DNA of 64,000 bases from Escherichia phage vB_EcoM_G2133, in the sequence record MK327928.1. The stretch is one strand, 5' to 3'. The position numbers and the translations under genes were made by a program. Positions 1 to 10,658 of the stretch are shown piece after piece; the stretch's first letter is position 1; each line of letters opens with the position of its first letter. Under the pieces are notes generated by a model. That model was not told the origin of the DNA. It saw only the letters and a list, made by a program, of their open reading frames with translations, and did no database searches.

Positions 1-69
1 TACCGCCAGAAATAATTCCGAAGTTGTTAAAATCATATCCAATATCGTCAACATCTACTTTAGGACTTG

Positions 70-252
70 CTACAACATAAGCAATTTCACTACGTTTGCA
101 TAGGTGTTGATTTCTTTACCATCGCCACCTAAGAAAGAATACCCATTACGTTTTAATGAGCCAAAGTCTTCCACATCACCAATGAAAGCTTTAACTTTAA
201 ATTTAGAACCTTTGGCATCTGCTTCAACGATAAATTCTTGATACATTTTCAT
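70..252 (-). CDS. small internal-protein-like protein with capsid-targeting-type N-terminus
   Basis: 60-aa ORF; N-terminus MKMYQEFIVEA resembles the T4 internal-protein capsid targeting sequence (MKTYQEFIAE) with an IxE protease-type site; directly downstream of denV. Confidence 0.5.
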   Translation of the reverse strand: MKMYQEFIVEADAKGSKFKVKAFIGDVEDFGSLKRNGYSFLGGDGKEINTYANVVKLLML

Positions 253-258
253 TTTTCC

Positions 259-672
259 TTAGTAAATTGATTTACCAAAGTATTTGTACCAAGTCGGACG
301 TTGAGCAATTTTTTCATCTAAGCGTGCTTGACTTATCGCAATGGACGCTTCGGACGGGACATAATTATTACGAAATTCTACAGGAATGTCGGAAATATCC
401 TGGACTGTCGTGTCCTTGATTTTGAAACCACGTTTCAAACATTCAGCGATTAGCTCGATTTGACGTAAACGTAAAAATTCGAGTTTGTCGTAAAAGAATG
501 TTACGTGACCTGTGCCTAAGATAAATGTTGGAGAGATTTTAAAATCCTTTACACGTTTACCGTTTTGAACATGTTTACGGACTGCACCAAATACGCGTGG
601 TAATTCACGATACTCAGCCATAAGATGTTGGTCGGTCAATTCAAAAACAAGTGTTAAATTGATACGGGTCAT
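259..672 (-). CDS. denV: endonuclease V, pyrimidine-dimer DNA glycosylase/AP lyase
   Basis: Translation from [34 protein letters not shown] matches T4 endonuclease V along its length; start placed at the internal Met (ORF track begins 4 codons earlier). Confidence 0.9.
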   Translation of the reverse strand: MTRINLTLVFELTDQHLMAEYRELPRVFGAVRKHVQNGKRVKDFKISPTFILGTGHVTFFYDKLEFLRLRQIELIAECLKRGFKIKDTTVQDISDIPVEFRNNYVPSEASIAISQARLDEKIAQRPTWYKYFGKSIY

Positions 673-731
673 AATTTCCTCCAAGTAGTTGATGAATGTA
701 TAGTATCAAAACCCTTGGAGGAAGTAAACAA

Positions 732-1972
<1,241 letters not shown>

Positions 1973-1991
<19 letters not shown>

Positions 1992-2335
1992 TCACTCACA
2001 AACTCTTTCATTGATTCATTTTCAATATAAGACATGTAGCTATTATATTCTTTTAATTGTATTTTGTAATCCTTTTTTCTTTGCCAATTTATTTTAAAAT
2101 TATCATAATGAAAATATAACATGGTACCAAAGAATGAAAATAATGAAATCGCTATAGTATAACGAAGTTCACTCCAAACCTCTGTTATAATTACTGTGCC
2201 GTCGATGTTTAAAATAAGATAGTCAATTAACAATCCAAAAAGACTACCTGCAAGAGCTGCAGCCAACGCCACAGCAAAAATTAAAAATGACTCAGGAAAC
2301 GAATATTTGACTTTATTTAGTTTTGGTTTTTGCAT
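1973..2335 (-). CDS. small hydrophobic (membrane) protein, unknown function
   Basis: ORF with a long hydrophobic segment (FLIFAVALAAALAGSLFGLLIDYLIL); overlaps neighbours in an operon-like array. Confidence 0.5.
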
Positions 2336-2730
2336 CGTGATTCCTTAACAAATTTCATAATTTCATCAAATTCATACATATCTAGCTTAAGCTGGTGTTC
2401 CTTTTTGATCTTTTTACACTGAGCTTTCCATTCACGTACACGTTTACGATAATGCCTTCCTTGATACCAATATCCTACCCAATTTACAGGTACTAATAAA
2501 AATGGAACTACTAATGGAAGAATTAATACTAACAGAAATATTACGTCAGATTCAATATCAGTCATAAAGTCTATAACCATTCCAACAATCAATAGAATTA
2601 CAAATGATATAAGTATAACAGGACCTATTAATACATCAGTAGAAATTATCTGGTGCTTTGGCTCATACTTCAAAGGTTTACTTGGAAGGTATAGTGATGG
2701 TTTTGACATATTCTCTGCATTCCTTAACAA
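2317..2730 (-). CDS. membrane protein with two predicted TM helices, unknown function
   Basis: Hydrophobic stretches VLIGPVILISFVILLIVGMVI and VIFLLVLILPLVVPFLLVPV followed by a basic tail; true start may be the internal Met at 2709. Confidence 0.5.
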   Translation of the reverse strand: MLRNAENMSKPSLYLPSKPLKYEPKHQIISTDVLIGPVILISFVILLIVGMVIDFMTDIESDVIFLLVLILPLVVPFLLVPVNWVGYWYQGRHYRKRVREWKAQCKKIKKEHQLKLDMYEFDEIMKFVKESRCKNQN

Positions 2731-3292
2731 ATTTTTCTAGTAATAAATCACTTTCAAAATTAGGATTTTCCACGAATTTATCAAAAAGATCATCAACAAT
2801 AGTCAAGATATTTCTTTTACTAAGAATACGTTTATTTTCATGTTTCGTTTCAGAATCAACTATAAGAGTAAAGAAATATTTCTTTCCCTGAAATTTTACT
2901 GTAGTATCAATATAAAATAAATTTGACTTTTGTAAATTACGTTTAAACCATGCGTCACTTAAACTATAAACACCGAGATAATCAAAATCGTCGTTTAAAT
3001 AACAAACTGTCCATTCAGGAGAAATGAAATCAGTAAATTCAACATCAAAATCACACGTCAATGAATGAATTGATTCAATACTGTTAATGAGTATTCCAGG
3101 ACGTATTAAAGACTTTTTACCTCTAGAAAATCTTCCGGAAAGGCTTTCATCAGTTTCATATGAAGACCCCCAATAGTAATTACGTCCTTCTGCCATGCGT
3201 TTAAGAGCATTTAGTAATTGGTCTGGAACATCAACCTGTCTTTGGAACTCTTCAAACATTGAATTGAAATCACTTTGCATTTTCATTTTCAT
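2678..3292 (-). CDS. hypothetical protein
   Basis: 204-aa ORF with no recognisable motif; in the early accessory block between nudE and the tRNAs. Confidence 0.5.
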   Translation of the reverse strand: MKMKMQSDFNSMFEEFQRQVDVPDQLLNALKRMAEGRNYYWGSSYETDESLSGRFSRGKKSLIRPGILINSIESIHSLTCDFDVEFTDFISPEWTVCYLNDDFDYLGVYSLSDAWFKRNLQKSNLFYIDTTVKFQGKKYFFTLIVDSETKHENKRILSKRNILTIVDDLFDKFVENPNFESDLLLEKFVKECREYVKTITIPSK

Positions 3293-3333
3293 TCCTATTT
3301 ACTCCAAGTAATAGGGGCCGAAGCCCCTTATCA

Positions 3334-3927
3334 TTATTTCAGAGAATTAATGTATTCCTGAACATCGGCAGAGGTAGTTTCAACCCCAGAAATATTACCG
3401 TTAAAGGTTTCAACTCGAGCAAGGGTATCTTCAATATCAACCTTAGTCAGTGCTGCAATTTCAACTACATCATCGGCAGTACTAATTCCAAGGGCATTTG
3501 CTGCACGAGTTTCACGGATATATTCCAATTTAACCGCAAGTTCTTGACGAGCATCATCTAACTCAACTACTTTCTTGGCGATTTCAATTCGCATTTCAGC
3601 ATAACCGTCAGCCTTAGTAGTCAACTGCTCAGCTGTTCGACGATATAGTAAACCGAGTTTAGCATGCATTGTTACATCTTGACCTTCGGAAAGAAGTTTA
3701 CGAATTTCACGCTCTTTTGATTCGGCTTGTCGATTCTTTTCGACAATAAGTTCACGAATACGTTTTTCTTCATTAATAGATTTAACAGAAGCAGTTTTTA
3801 GATCTTTAATTTTATCAAGTAGTTTTGCTGCTGCAGCAGTATACTGTTCTTCGACAGATAGATTTTTAGCCATAGCAGAACCAAGTTTAGTGCGAATAAA
3901 CTCAACAATTTTCTTCAGTGTGTTCAT
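3334..3927 (-). CDS. predicted coiled-coil protein (possibly PspA/IM30-like), unknown function
   Basis: 197-aa K/E/R-rich sequence with heptad-like periodicity; own early-type promoter and AAGGAAA RBS upstream. Confidence 0.5.
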   Translation of the reverse strand: MNTLKKIVEFIRTKLGSAMAKNLSVEEQYTAAAAKLLDKIKDLKTASVKSINEEKRIRELIVEKNRQAESKEREIRKLLSEGQDVTMHAKLGLLYRRTAEQLTTKADGYAEMRIEIAKKVVELDDARQELAVKLEYIRETRAANALGISTADDVVEIAALTKVDIEDTLARVETFNGNISGVETTSADVQEYINSLK

Positions 3928-3969
3928 AGTATTTCCTTAGGTTGATTAAGATTTAAAATCTGTGGAAGA

Positions 3970-3999
3970 ATTATATCATGCTATTTAAGAGGTGTAAAC
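3970..3999 (-). promoter_or_regulatory. early (sigma70-type) promoter, GTTTACA-N17-TATAAT
   Basis: Minus strand reads GTTTACA, a 17-nt spacer, then TATAAT about 40 nt upstream of the 3334..3927 start. Confidence 0.45.
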
Positions 4000-4501
4000 T
4001 ATTTTTAATTTTACAAATTCGTTCAGCTTCTTCAACAGCGGCGGCGATAATGCTTTTAGCTATAGGAGTACTAATACTAGTAGCTTTTACACTTAACACG
4101 ATTTCTTTATCTTTACCAGGCCAACCCCACGTTTTTTCACCGTGAGTGCCTTTAATTACAGCAAACACCTCAAGTGAGCATCCATTATCACATGTTTTTA
4201 CATTAACAACCCAAGGGTCACTTTTCTCAACCGGTTTATCAATCGGTTTATCCCAGTAAATATTAAGAATACGTGGGACATCAAATTTAGCAGGGCAAAT
4301 CTTAACCGTAAGACCTTCGCTTTCTAGCCAATTAATAAGAGGGCGTTCATACATGCGACGATGTGGGCTTTGGACTCGACAAGCCTTGTGCCCATTGCTT
4401 GCGGCTTCACTAAGTTGTTCTAATACCTGCTTTTGCATTATTGATAAGATACCATCAAAAGATTTTTCGGAAGTTTCATTTAGTTCGGTATAAAGAGACA
4501 T
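3971..4501 (-). CDS. hypothetical protein
   Basis: ORF with GAGGAAA RBS before the Met at 4501 (ORF track begins 5 codons earlier); no recognisable motif. Confidence 0.5.
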   Translation of the reverse strand: MSLYTELNETSEKSFDGILSIMQKQVLEQLSEAASNGHKACRVQSPHRRMYERPLINWLESEGLTVKICPAKFDVPRILNIYWDKPIDKPVEKSDPWVVNVKTCDNGCSLEVFAVIKGTHGEKTWGWPGKDKEIVLSVKATSISTPIAKSIIAAAVEEAERICKIKNSLHLLNSMI

Positions 4502-4557
4502 AACAGTTTTCCTCAAGTTACAGGCTCATAATATCTCAATCATGAGCCTGTGTAAAC

Positions 4558-4833
4558 TTATTTCATATTATTGAAATATTCTTCTGCGATTTCGTCGTTA
4601 TCATGGTAAACTTTAGAAGACAGTTTAACATAACCTTCAGCAGTGAACATATTAATCACAACCTTTACAGTATACCACTGACCATCTTCATTACCCATTA
4701 CTGCGTAAGTTTCAAACATCGGATGGTCAGGACCGATAACTTTAATATCATTCACTGTACGACCGAAATCTTCTGAAACGCATTTCATAAAGAAGTTGAA
4801 CAGTTCACCGTAATTATCCATTTCATTCTCCAA
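4558..4833 (-). CDS. hypothetical protein
   Basis: 91-aa ORF preceded by an early-type promoter repeat. Confidence 0.5.
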   Translation of the reverse strand: MENEMDNYGELFNFFMKCVSEDFGRTVNDIKVIGPDHPMFETYAVMGNEDGQWYTVKVVINMFTAEGYVKLSSKVYHDNDEIAEEYFNNMK

Positions 4834-4864
4834 GTTGTTTTCTGTATCAGTAGTTGATAGTTAT

Positions 4865-4894
4865 ATAGTACCATGGAAGAACAGGGATGTAAAC
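4865..4894 (-). promoter_or_regulatory. early-type promoter repeat, GTTTACA-N17-TACTAT
   Basis: Minus strand GTTTACA, 17-nt spacer, TACTAT; same architecture as the elements at 7882, 8178 and 8508. Confidence 0.4.
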
Positions 4895-5025
4895 CGTTTT
4901 GTGAAAAAATTTTTAAAAAGTTTTAGGGAATTCTAGGGTCAGGAGGGGCAATTAAAAGATAGGATAATATATTATAAAGGGTATAAACTAAATGATGCCT
5001 AGAGAGGCTCGGAAAGGCCTAGATA

Positions 5026-5053
5026 CCAAAAAGCCCCAACCTTTCGGTCGGGG
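5026..5053 (-). terminator. rho-independent terminator ending the tRNA/stable-RNA transcription unit
   Basis: Minus strand GCCCCGACC-GAAA-GGTTGGGGC hairpin followed by TTTTTGG. Confidence 0.6.
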
Positions 5054-5104
5054 CTAAGCCTTGCGGCAACCTTGTCGGGGTTCCACCTGCTAAGGCAAGT
5101 GTTT

Positions 5105-5197
5105 GTACGAAACGCCGGGATTCGAACCCGGTTATTAAGCAGTTGACGCTACTCAATATTTTAAAAGGCCATATCTCGACCATATCCGAACGTTCCG
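5105..5197 (-). ncRNA. tRNA-like structured RNA (candidate counterpart of a T4 stable RNA species, or a degenerate tRNA)
   Basis: Minus strand has a canonical T-arm (CCGGG-TTCGAAT-CCCGG) and a 7-bp acceptor-like pairing (CGGAACG / CGTTTCG), but is about 91 nt and I could not fold a standard anticodon arm by eye; sits between tRNA-Arg and the terminator. Confidence 0.35.
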
Positions 5198-5371
5198 TCA
5201 AAAACGCTACTCGGCTTATGGCAAAGATATTTCCTCGAATCGATAATTCGGTGCGCCGTTTCTGCTGTGATATAAGGGGGGCATTAACAAAACATAAAGA
5301 TTTATTAATGCCAGTCCTTAAACAGGGAACATCAGTCCGACGACTTACCGGTAGCGACCCGGTTTCTTGTC

Positions 5372-5447
5372 TGGTCGAGGCAGTAGGGATCGAACCTACG
5401 ACCCAGGACTTAGAAGGTCCTTGCTCTTCCTTCTGAGCTATGCCCCG
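5372..5447 (-). tRNA. tRNA-Arg (anticodon UCU)
   Basis: Minus strand CGGGGCATAGCTCAG...GGACC-TTCTAAG-GTCCT...GTAGG-TTCGATC-CCTAC-TGCCTCG-ACCA folds as a cloverleaf with anticodon TCT. Confidence 0.8.
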
Positions 5448-5450
5448 TAA

Positions 5451-6116
5451 TTAAAATTTCATTTTTCGACCTTTAAACCATCCTTCTGGAATTGGGTCAG
5501 TTTTCTTAATACGTTTAGAAACTTTTTCATCTAATGAATGAATCCACATCATGCCAAATTGGGAATTCTTTTCACCTTGTTGGTGTTTATTTCTGGCGTG
5601 AGATTCTTTCATTTTATTAATAGTTTCAGGAGTATGGGTCTTACCCAAGAAAGATTTAGTATTTAAAAATTTCTCTCTATACTTAGGATTATCCCAAAGC
5701 TGTTTAAACCTTTCTGAACCCATTTTACGATATTTTTCTTTAAGGTCTGGGTCGTTCTCAAATCTGGTTTTAAAAGCGGCAGCTCCTTTTAAGGAAGCTT
5801 CTTTCTTTTTATCCAAATATTCTTTAGTGTTTAAATGGTCCCAACCACCTTCACCACCTAATTTCAAATTATAAACATCAGGGCGCTTTAAAAACTCTTC
5901 AGTCACAATATTCTTTTCTGACTCAAACATAGAGGTTTTATCGTCAAAGAACTCTAATATTTCTTTAGAAAAATTTTCTATACCATACTTATCTTGGGCT
6001 CTTTTTAATAATTTACCAGAACCCATATATCCATCATCTAAATTTTCGGTAGAATGAGCGCCTATATAGATTTTATTATTAATTTTATTTGTTATTTTAT
6101 AAATGTAATGGAACAT
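5451..6116 (-). CDS. segB: GIY-YIG homing endonuclease
   Basis: N-terminal GIY-YIG module (HYIYKITNKINNKIYIGAHS...GYMGSG); lies between the two tRNA subclusters, as segB does in T4. Confidence 0.85.
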   Translation of the reverse strand: MFHYIYKITNKINNKIYIGAHSTENLDDGYMGSGKLLKRAQDKYGIENFSKEILEFFDDKTSMFESEKNIVTEEFLKRPDVYNLKLGGEGGWDHLNTKEYLDKKKEASLKGAAAFKTRFENDPDLKEKYRKMGSERFKQLWDNPKYREKFLNTKSFLGKTHTPETINKMKESHARNKHQQGEKNSQFGMMWIHSLDEKVSKRIKKTDPIPEGWFKGRKMKF

Positions 6117-6157
6117 AAATATCTCCTATTTCTAAGAGTATTTATGTTCTCAAAATA

Positions 6158-6229
6158 TGGCCCTGGGTGGAATTGAACCACCATCTGGCGATTATGAGTC
6201 GCTTGCTTGAACCTTCCAGCTACAGGGCC
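6158..6229 (-). tRNA. tRNA-Ile (anticodon CAU, lysidine-type; software may call it Met)
   Basis: Minus strand GGCCCTG...AGCGA-CTCATAA-TCGCC...GGTGG-TTCAATT-CCACC-CAGGGCC-A; anticodon CAT, as in the T4 tRNA-Ile. Confidence 0.7.
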
Positions 6230-6235
6230 TTGATA

Positions 6236-6308
6236 TGCTGATTGACGGAATCGAACCGCCGACGTCCTCATTACAAGTGAGGTGCTCTACCTACTGAGCT
6301 AAATCAGC
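6236..6308 (-). tRNA. tRNA-Thr (anticodon UGU)
   Basis: Minus strand GCTGATTTAGCTCAGTAGG...CCTCA-CTTGTAA-TGAGG...GGTTCGATTCC...AATCAGC-A. Confidence 0.8.
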
Positions 6309-6315
6309 GAAATTA

Positions 6316-6402
6316 CGGAGGCGATAGGATTTGAACCTATGAGTCGCCGGAGCGACTGCCGGTTTTCAAGACCGGTGCATTAAACCACTCTGCCACGCCT
6401 CC
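6316..6402 (-). tRNA. tRNA-Ser (anticodon UGA), long variable arm
   Basis: Minus strand GGAGGCGTGGCAGAGTGG...CCGGT-CTTGAAA-ACCGG, long variable arm, AGGTTCAAATCCT, CGCCTCC-G. Confidence 0.8.
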
Positions 6403-6404
6403 AG

Positions 6405-6478
6405 TCTCCATACAAGGATTTGAACCTTGGACCTCCTGATCCCAAATCAGGCGCTCTACCAAACTGAGCTACACGGAG
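6405..6478 (-). tRNA. tRNA-Pro (anticodon UGG)
   Basis: Minus strand CTCCGTGTAGCTCAGTTTGG...CCTGA-TTTGGGA-TCAGG...AGGTTCAAATCCT...TATGGAG-A. Confidence 0.8.
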
Positions 6479-6490
6479 TAAATTAAATTT

Positions 6491-6562
<72 letters not shown>

Positions 6563-6568
6563 AAACTT

Positions 6569-6655
6569 TGGTACGAGAAGTGGGACTCGAACCCACAAGG
6601 AAATCATTCCGCAGCATTTTAAGTGCTGTGCCTTTACCAATTTGACTATTCTCGC
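6569..6655 (-). tRNA. tRNA-Leu (anticodon UAA), long variable arm, encoded CCA
   Basis: Minus strand GCGAGAATAGTCAAATTGG...CAGCA-CTTAAAA-TGCTG, long variable arm, GGGTTCGAGTCCC, TTCTCGT-A-CCA. Confidence 0.8.
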
Positions 6656-6661
6656 TCTATA

Positions 6662-7294
6662 TTATTTATTACGTGAAAAAGATTGTTCTATCAATTCTGG
6701 ACACTTTCGTTCTATCCATTTTCTAGCTTTTTGTGGGCTTATACCTATTATTTTAGCAGCTTTACTAACCCATCCAAATTTAGAATAATCGATTTTAACT
6801 AATTCTTCGTAAATTTCATCAGTTAAAATCTTTTCATTAATATTTACCAGTAAATGATATAATTTATTATCATTAGCAATTTTAATGAATCTTTTATAGT
6901 TTCCGCCTTTACTTAAACCTAATGAAGTAATTGCAGATGATATAGTAGCCGAATTTAATAATGCGTTTAAAATTTCTTCATCACTAACATTATAACGCTT
7001 TTTATTATTTTTAATATTTTTACCAGCAAAAGTATCAGTTTGCGAATGGCAATTTGGACATAATAATCTTAAATTTGATTTAAGATGATTTTTATTATTT
7101 CCATCAATATGGTCTAATTGCAGAACAATATGCTTATTTTGCCATTTTGAAATTTTACAAATTGCACACTCATATGGAAAAATATTTTCTTTTATTATTT
7201 TGTCTTTCAGCTTTCCTGTACTAAAATTTGGATGTTTTCCTTCAAAAATTTCAGCTAATTTAGTATCCATAATATAATTCCCAATTATTAACAA
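6662..7294 (-). CDS. HNH homing endonuclease
   Basis: HNH core CAICKISKWQNKHIVLQLDHIDGNNKNHLKSNLRLLCPNCH with zinc-binding Cys pairs; stop codon 6 nt from the 5' end of tRNA-Leu; true start may be the internal Met at 7270. Confidence 0.75.
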   Translation of the reverse strand: MLIIGNYIMDTKLAEIFEGKHPNFSTGKLKDKIIKENIFPYECAICKISKWQNKHIVLQLDHIDGNNKNHLKSNLRLLCPNCHSQTDTFAGKNIKNNKKRYNVSDEEILNALLNSATISSAITSLGLSKGGNYKRFIKIANDNKLYHLLVNINEKILTDEIYEELVKIDYSKFGWVSKAAKIIGISPQKARKWIERKCPELIEQSFSRNK

Positions 7295-7380
7295 AGGCTC
7301 TCTAACAAGAACCCTTGATGATAGAGGGTATTAATCGGTGCGGTATGAGTTAATAATAACAAATAATTCTTAAAGCATAT

Positions 7381-7668
7381 TTACCATTTATGATGATACA
7401 TATTTACGATGCATTCAAGACCCAAAGGATTCTTGAAAATATCATATTCAAGAGGACCTTTTTCTGTTTCAATAAAGAAATCAAAGTTAACTGTGTTAAA
7501 TTTACGGTCTTCCTTTACTAATTTAACCTGAGAAGATGAACGGTCAATGTAAACCTTTTCGACTTCAAAACATGTTAAAATGCCATAATCATCAATCAAG
7601 GCTTTAGCTGCTTCTTGATCATATTTATATCCATTTTCAATGGACGATACTTTCGCATAAAGAATCAT
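7381..7668 (-). CDS. hypothetical protein
   Basis: 95-aa ORF, no recognisable motif. Confidence 0.45.
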   Translation of the reverse strand: MILYAKVSSIENGYKYDQEAAKALIDDYGILTCFEVEKVYIDRSSSQVKLVKEDRKFNTVNFDFFIETEKGPLEYDIFKNPLGLECIVNMYHHKW

Positions 7669-7670
7669 TA

Positions 7671-7853
7671 TTAACCTTTAGAAATTTTATCCATAGCAAT
7701 AGCGATTAAACCAATTAAAAATGCTACTACAAGTGAAAAAACATTTTCTGCCGTAGTCAATAATCCGCATATAAATCCAACAAACATTGAAAAACTGAAA
7801 GCAGAAGCAGAAATTGCAATAGCAACATTTCGAATTAATTCACAGCGTTTCAT
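7671..7853 (-). CDS. small membrane protein, unknown function
   Basis: About 60 aa from MKRCELIRNV with GAGGAG RBS; one hydrophobic helix (FSFSMFVGFICGLL...VVAFLIGLIAIA); the longer ORF-track version overlaps the upstream gene. Confidence 0.5.
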   Translation of the reverse strand: MKRCELIRNVAIAISASAFSFSMFVGFICGLLTTAENVFSLVVAFLIGLIAIAMDKISKG

Positions 7854-7881
7854 TTTATTCTCCTCAGTAGTTGATAGGGTA

Positions 7882-7911
7882 ATAGTATCACTACCCCATC
7901 TAAAAGTAAAT
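7882..7911 (-). promoter_or_regulatory. early-type promoter repeat
   Basis: Minus strand ATTTACT, 17-nt spacer, TACTAT; shares the ttgatagggtaatagtatcac core with 8168..8188. Confidence 0.4.
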
Positions 7912-8145
7912 TTATTTTTTACGAAAAATTGATTTATTTTCTGCTGCCCATTTTTCAATAACTGCAGCAGGACCAGTAACAACAATTTTATCACCGTAAT
8001 CTTCTGCGGCGAGTTGACCGAAATTATCTAATGCATCACGAAGAACTCCATGAGGCATTTCACCCATTTTATCTTTCTTGCCAGTGTAAATAAACTCAAC
8101 TTTTACATCAGCAGTTTCAGCAATAAATTCTTGGTAAGTTTTCAT
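7912..8145 (-). CDS. internal protein (ipI-locus type) with capsid targeting sequence
   Basis: From the internal Met the protein begins MKTYQEFIAE, the T4 internal-protein capsid targeting sequence; located between the tRNA cluster and 57B, the T4 ipI position. Confidence 0.65.
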   Translation of the reverse strand: MKTYQEFIAETADVKVEFIYTGKKDKMGEMPHGVLRDALDNFGQLAAEDYGDKIVVTGPAAVIEKWAAENKSIFRKK

Positions 8146-8177
8146 TTTAGTTTCCATTCGATTGTTTTGATAGGGTA

Positions 8178-8207
8178 ATAGTATCACAACTAAAACCCTA
8201 TGTAAAC
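8178..8207 (-). promoter_or_regulatory. early-type promoter repeat, GTTTACA-N17-TACTAT
   Basis: Identical 30-nt block tgtaaacaactttgtgaaattattttaaat at 8201..8230 and 8531..8560. Confidence 0.45.
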
Positions 8208-8219
8208 AACTTTGTGAAA

Positions 8220-8477
8220 TTATTTTAAATCTTCTAATCGTTTTTTCATCTTAGAACCATTTTTAGCAATTTCTCCTGCATCGGAGCATAATGCTAAAAG
8301 TGCTTTAACTTTCGTTTGGTCTCCTTTAAAAGATGAAGGATCTACTGCAGCAGCAAGTTCTTTAATACGAGAGAAAAGACGCTCAGCTTCAGCTAAAGCC
8401 ATTCCAAGCTTTACTTCCATACCGTGGGAAGATTCAGTGATAGTAGTTTTTGTAGCAAACTCTTTGAAAGTTTTCAT
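8220..8477 (-). CDS. internal-protein-like protein, paralogue of the 732..1013 product
   Basis: N-terminus MKTFKEFATK is capsid-targeting-like; shares KLG.AL.EAE.L..RI.ELA...EIAKNGS.MK.RLE with the ORF at 732..1013. Confidence 0.5.
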   Translation of the reverse strand: MKTFKEFATKTTITESSHGMEVKLGMALAEAERLFSRIKELAAAVDPSSFKGDQTKVKALLALCSDAGEIAKNGSKMKKRLEDLK

Positions 8478-8507
8478 TTTATTTTCCTAATTAATTTTGA
8501 TGAGATA

Positions 8508-8537
8508 ATAGTATCACTACCTCATCAGCATGTAAAC
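8508..8537 (-). promoter_or_regulatory. early-type promoter repeat, GTTTACA-N17-TACTAT
   Basis: Same element as at 8178..8207; precedes the 8220..8477 gene. Confidence 0.45.
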
Positions 8538-8549
8538 AACTTTGTGAAA

Positions 8550-9246
<697 letters not shown>

Positions 9247-9247
<1 letters not shown>

Positions 9248-9972
9248 TATAGTACCTTTAGTGTATTTTTAATTTTAGAAAAAAGTTCTTCAAGAGAACC
9301 ATCGTTTGTAATTACTAAATCGCCATCACGAATTGGCAATCCAGCTTCTGTAATATGTGTATCATTGGATTTTTGACCAGGACGAACTACATGAATTACT
9401 GTAGCACCCATCGCCCTAGCCGCATCCATTTCATGATCTTGACGGGTATCAGGAACGATATAATAATCATAACCTGAGTTAAATTTATCAAGATAATCTA
9501 AAGCAAATAATTTTACCCAGTACATGCGGTCGAAGTTATTAACAATCAAATCCGTACCTAGGGCTTGCATCAGACGACGGACTGACCATTGATCTTCAAT
9601 ATTATTTATAACGTCAGTAATTTTGTTAAATGCTACGAAATTAACTGATTCTTTTCCTTCGTCGTCAAAAACAAACACGCCTTTAATCGGGCTTTTACTA
9701 TTAAGATAGCAAAATGCTTGTTCCATAATCATAATTACTTCTAATTTAGTCAAATTCAAATTAGTCTCACGATCATAGTCAATTCCTTCAAACTCTTTAC
9801 GAGTTAAGCAAGGATAATCATTGTTTGCAGCAAATACACCCCATGCATAAGCCAATGCATCCTTAATAGGACCAGCAAGTTGATATTTAACTGCAGAATA
9901 ATTATTCATGATAAAATCTGCAGTAGTATCTTTTCCACTACGCTTTACACCACTTAAAAAGATTAGTTTCAT
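9247..9972 (-). CDS. 1: deoxynucleoside monophosphate kinase
   Basis: P-loop GVKRSGKDT; length and synteny match T4 gp1. Confidence 0.9.
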
Positions 9973-10021
9973 GTGTTTCTCCTCAAATTTAGTTAAGATT
10001 ATAACACATGAAACTGAAGCA

Positions 10022-10552
10022 TTAAACTTCTGCTATAATTTTGCCATCTTTTTCTACTTGAAAATACGTATAAGGAATCGTTGCTGTGCATACTAAAGCC
10101 GGGTCTGAATCTTCCGTGTAGCTAAATTCTACTTCAGACAGGTCAGAAACCCAGGGCTTATAAAAATTTATTGACATCACGATTTCAGTTTTACTATTAT
10201 CTAAAATGTAAAGCGTAATGTATTCAGGACCTGTTTTTTGGGCAGTATTTTCGCCTGTAAGATAGTTACTAGTTCCTAACATCCATTCATACATTCCTAT
10301 CCACGACTTAAGTTCTTCATCAACTATAAATCTCACAATGAGTGGATCATACTCAAATGTAACACCTGGACGTTGTGCTCGACCCAGGCCAAATGGCCCA
10401 GTCACGGTATCAGTAACAGGTATCCTAATTCCTGGAATAGGAACTGACTGAGCATTTAAAGTAAAAGCAGATGTAGTATTACTATGCGGTATTGATACTA
10501 CAAAGTTAGTTGTATTTGCTTGGTTAAAAATTTGTTGCAGTGCTTGCGACAT
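10022..10552 (-). CDS. 3: tail tube terminator / sheath stabiliser
   Basis: Synteny (1-3-2-4); start placed at the internal Met (MSQALQQIF...), dropping a 27-codon N-terminal extension in the ORF track. Confidence 0.75.
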   Translation of the reverse strand: MSQALQQIFNQANTTNFVVSIPHSNTTSAFTLNAQSVPIPGIRIPVTDTVTGPFGLGRAQRPGVTFEYDPLIVRFIVDEELKSWIGMYEWMLGTSNYLTGENTAQKTGPEYITLYILDNSKTEIVMSINFYKPWVSDLSEVEFSYTEDSDPALVCTATIPYTYFQVEKDGKIIAEV

Positions 10553-10658
10553 ATATTCCTCATAATGCTTTATAAATGTTGGTGGTATAATGGGTCTAAG
10601 TCCCTTCCATTCAATTCCAATTAGAACAAACAACAGAAAAGAATGGAAGATAATAGAA

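Noticed and set aside
3314-3327. Recurrent GC-rich hairpin ggggccgaagcccc / ggggcttcggcccc (also at 35190, 44778, and a shorter form at 49085), considered as a possible dispersed repeat or mobile element
   Set aside because: These are short intergenic UUCG-tetraloop stem-loops of the kind T4 uses as terminators and RNA-stability elements; there are no flanking direct repeats or associated ORFs.
5143-5436. Plus-strand 97-aa ORF overlapping the tRNA-Arg and tRNA-like region
   Set aside because: It overlaps structured RNA genes on the opposite strand, has no RBS, and lies in a noncoding RNA locus.
6158-6229. tRNA with CAU anticodon considered as tRNA-Met/initiator
   Set aside because: Position and sequence context match the T4 tRNA-Ile, whose CAU anticodon is modified to read AUA; assigning Met would be a software artefact.
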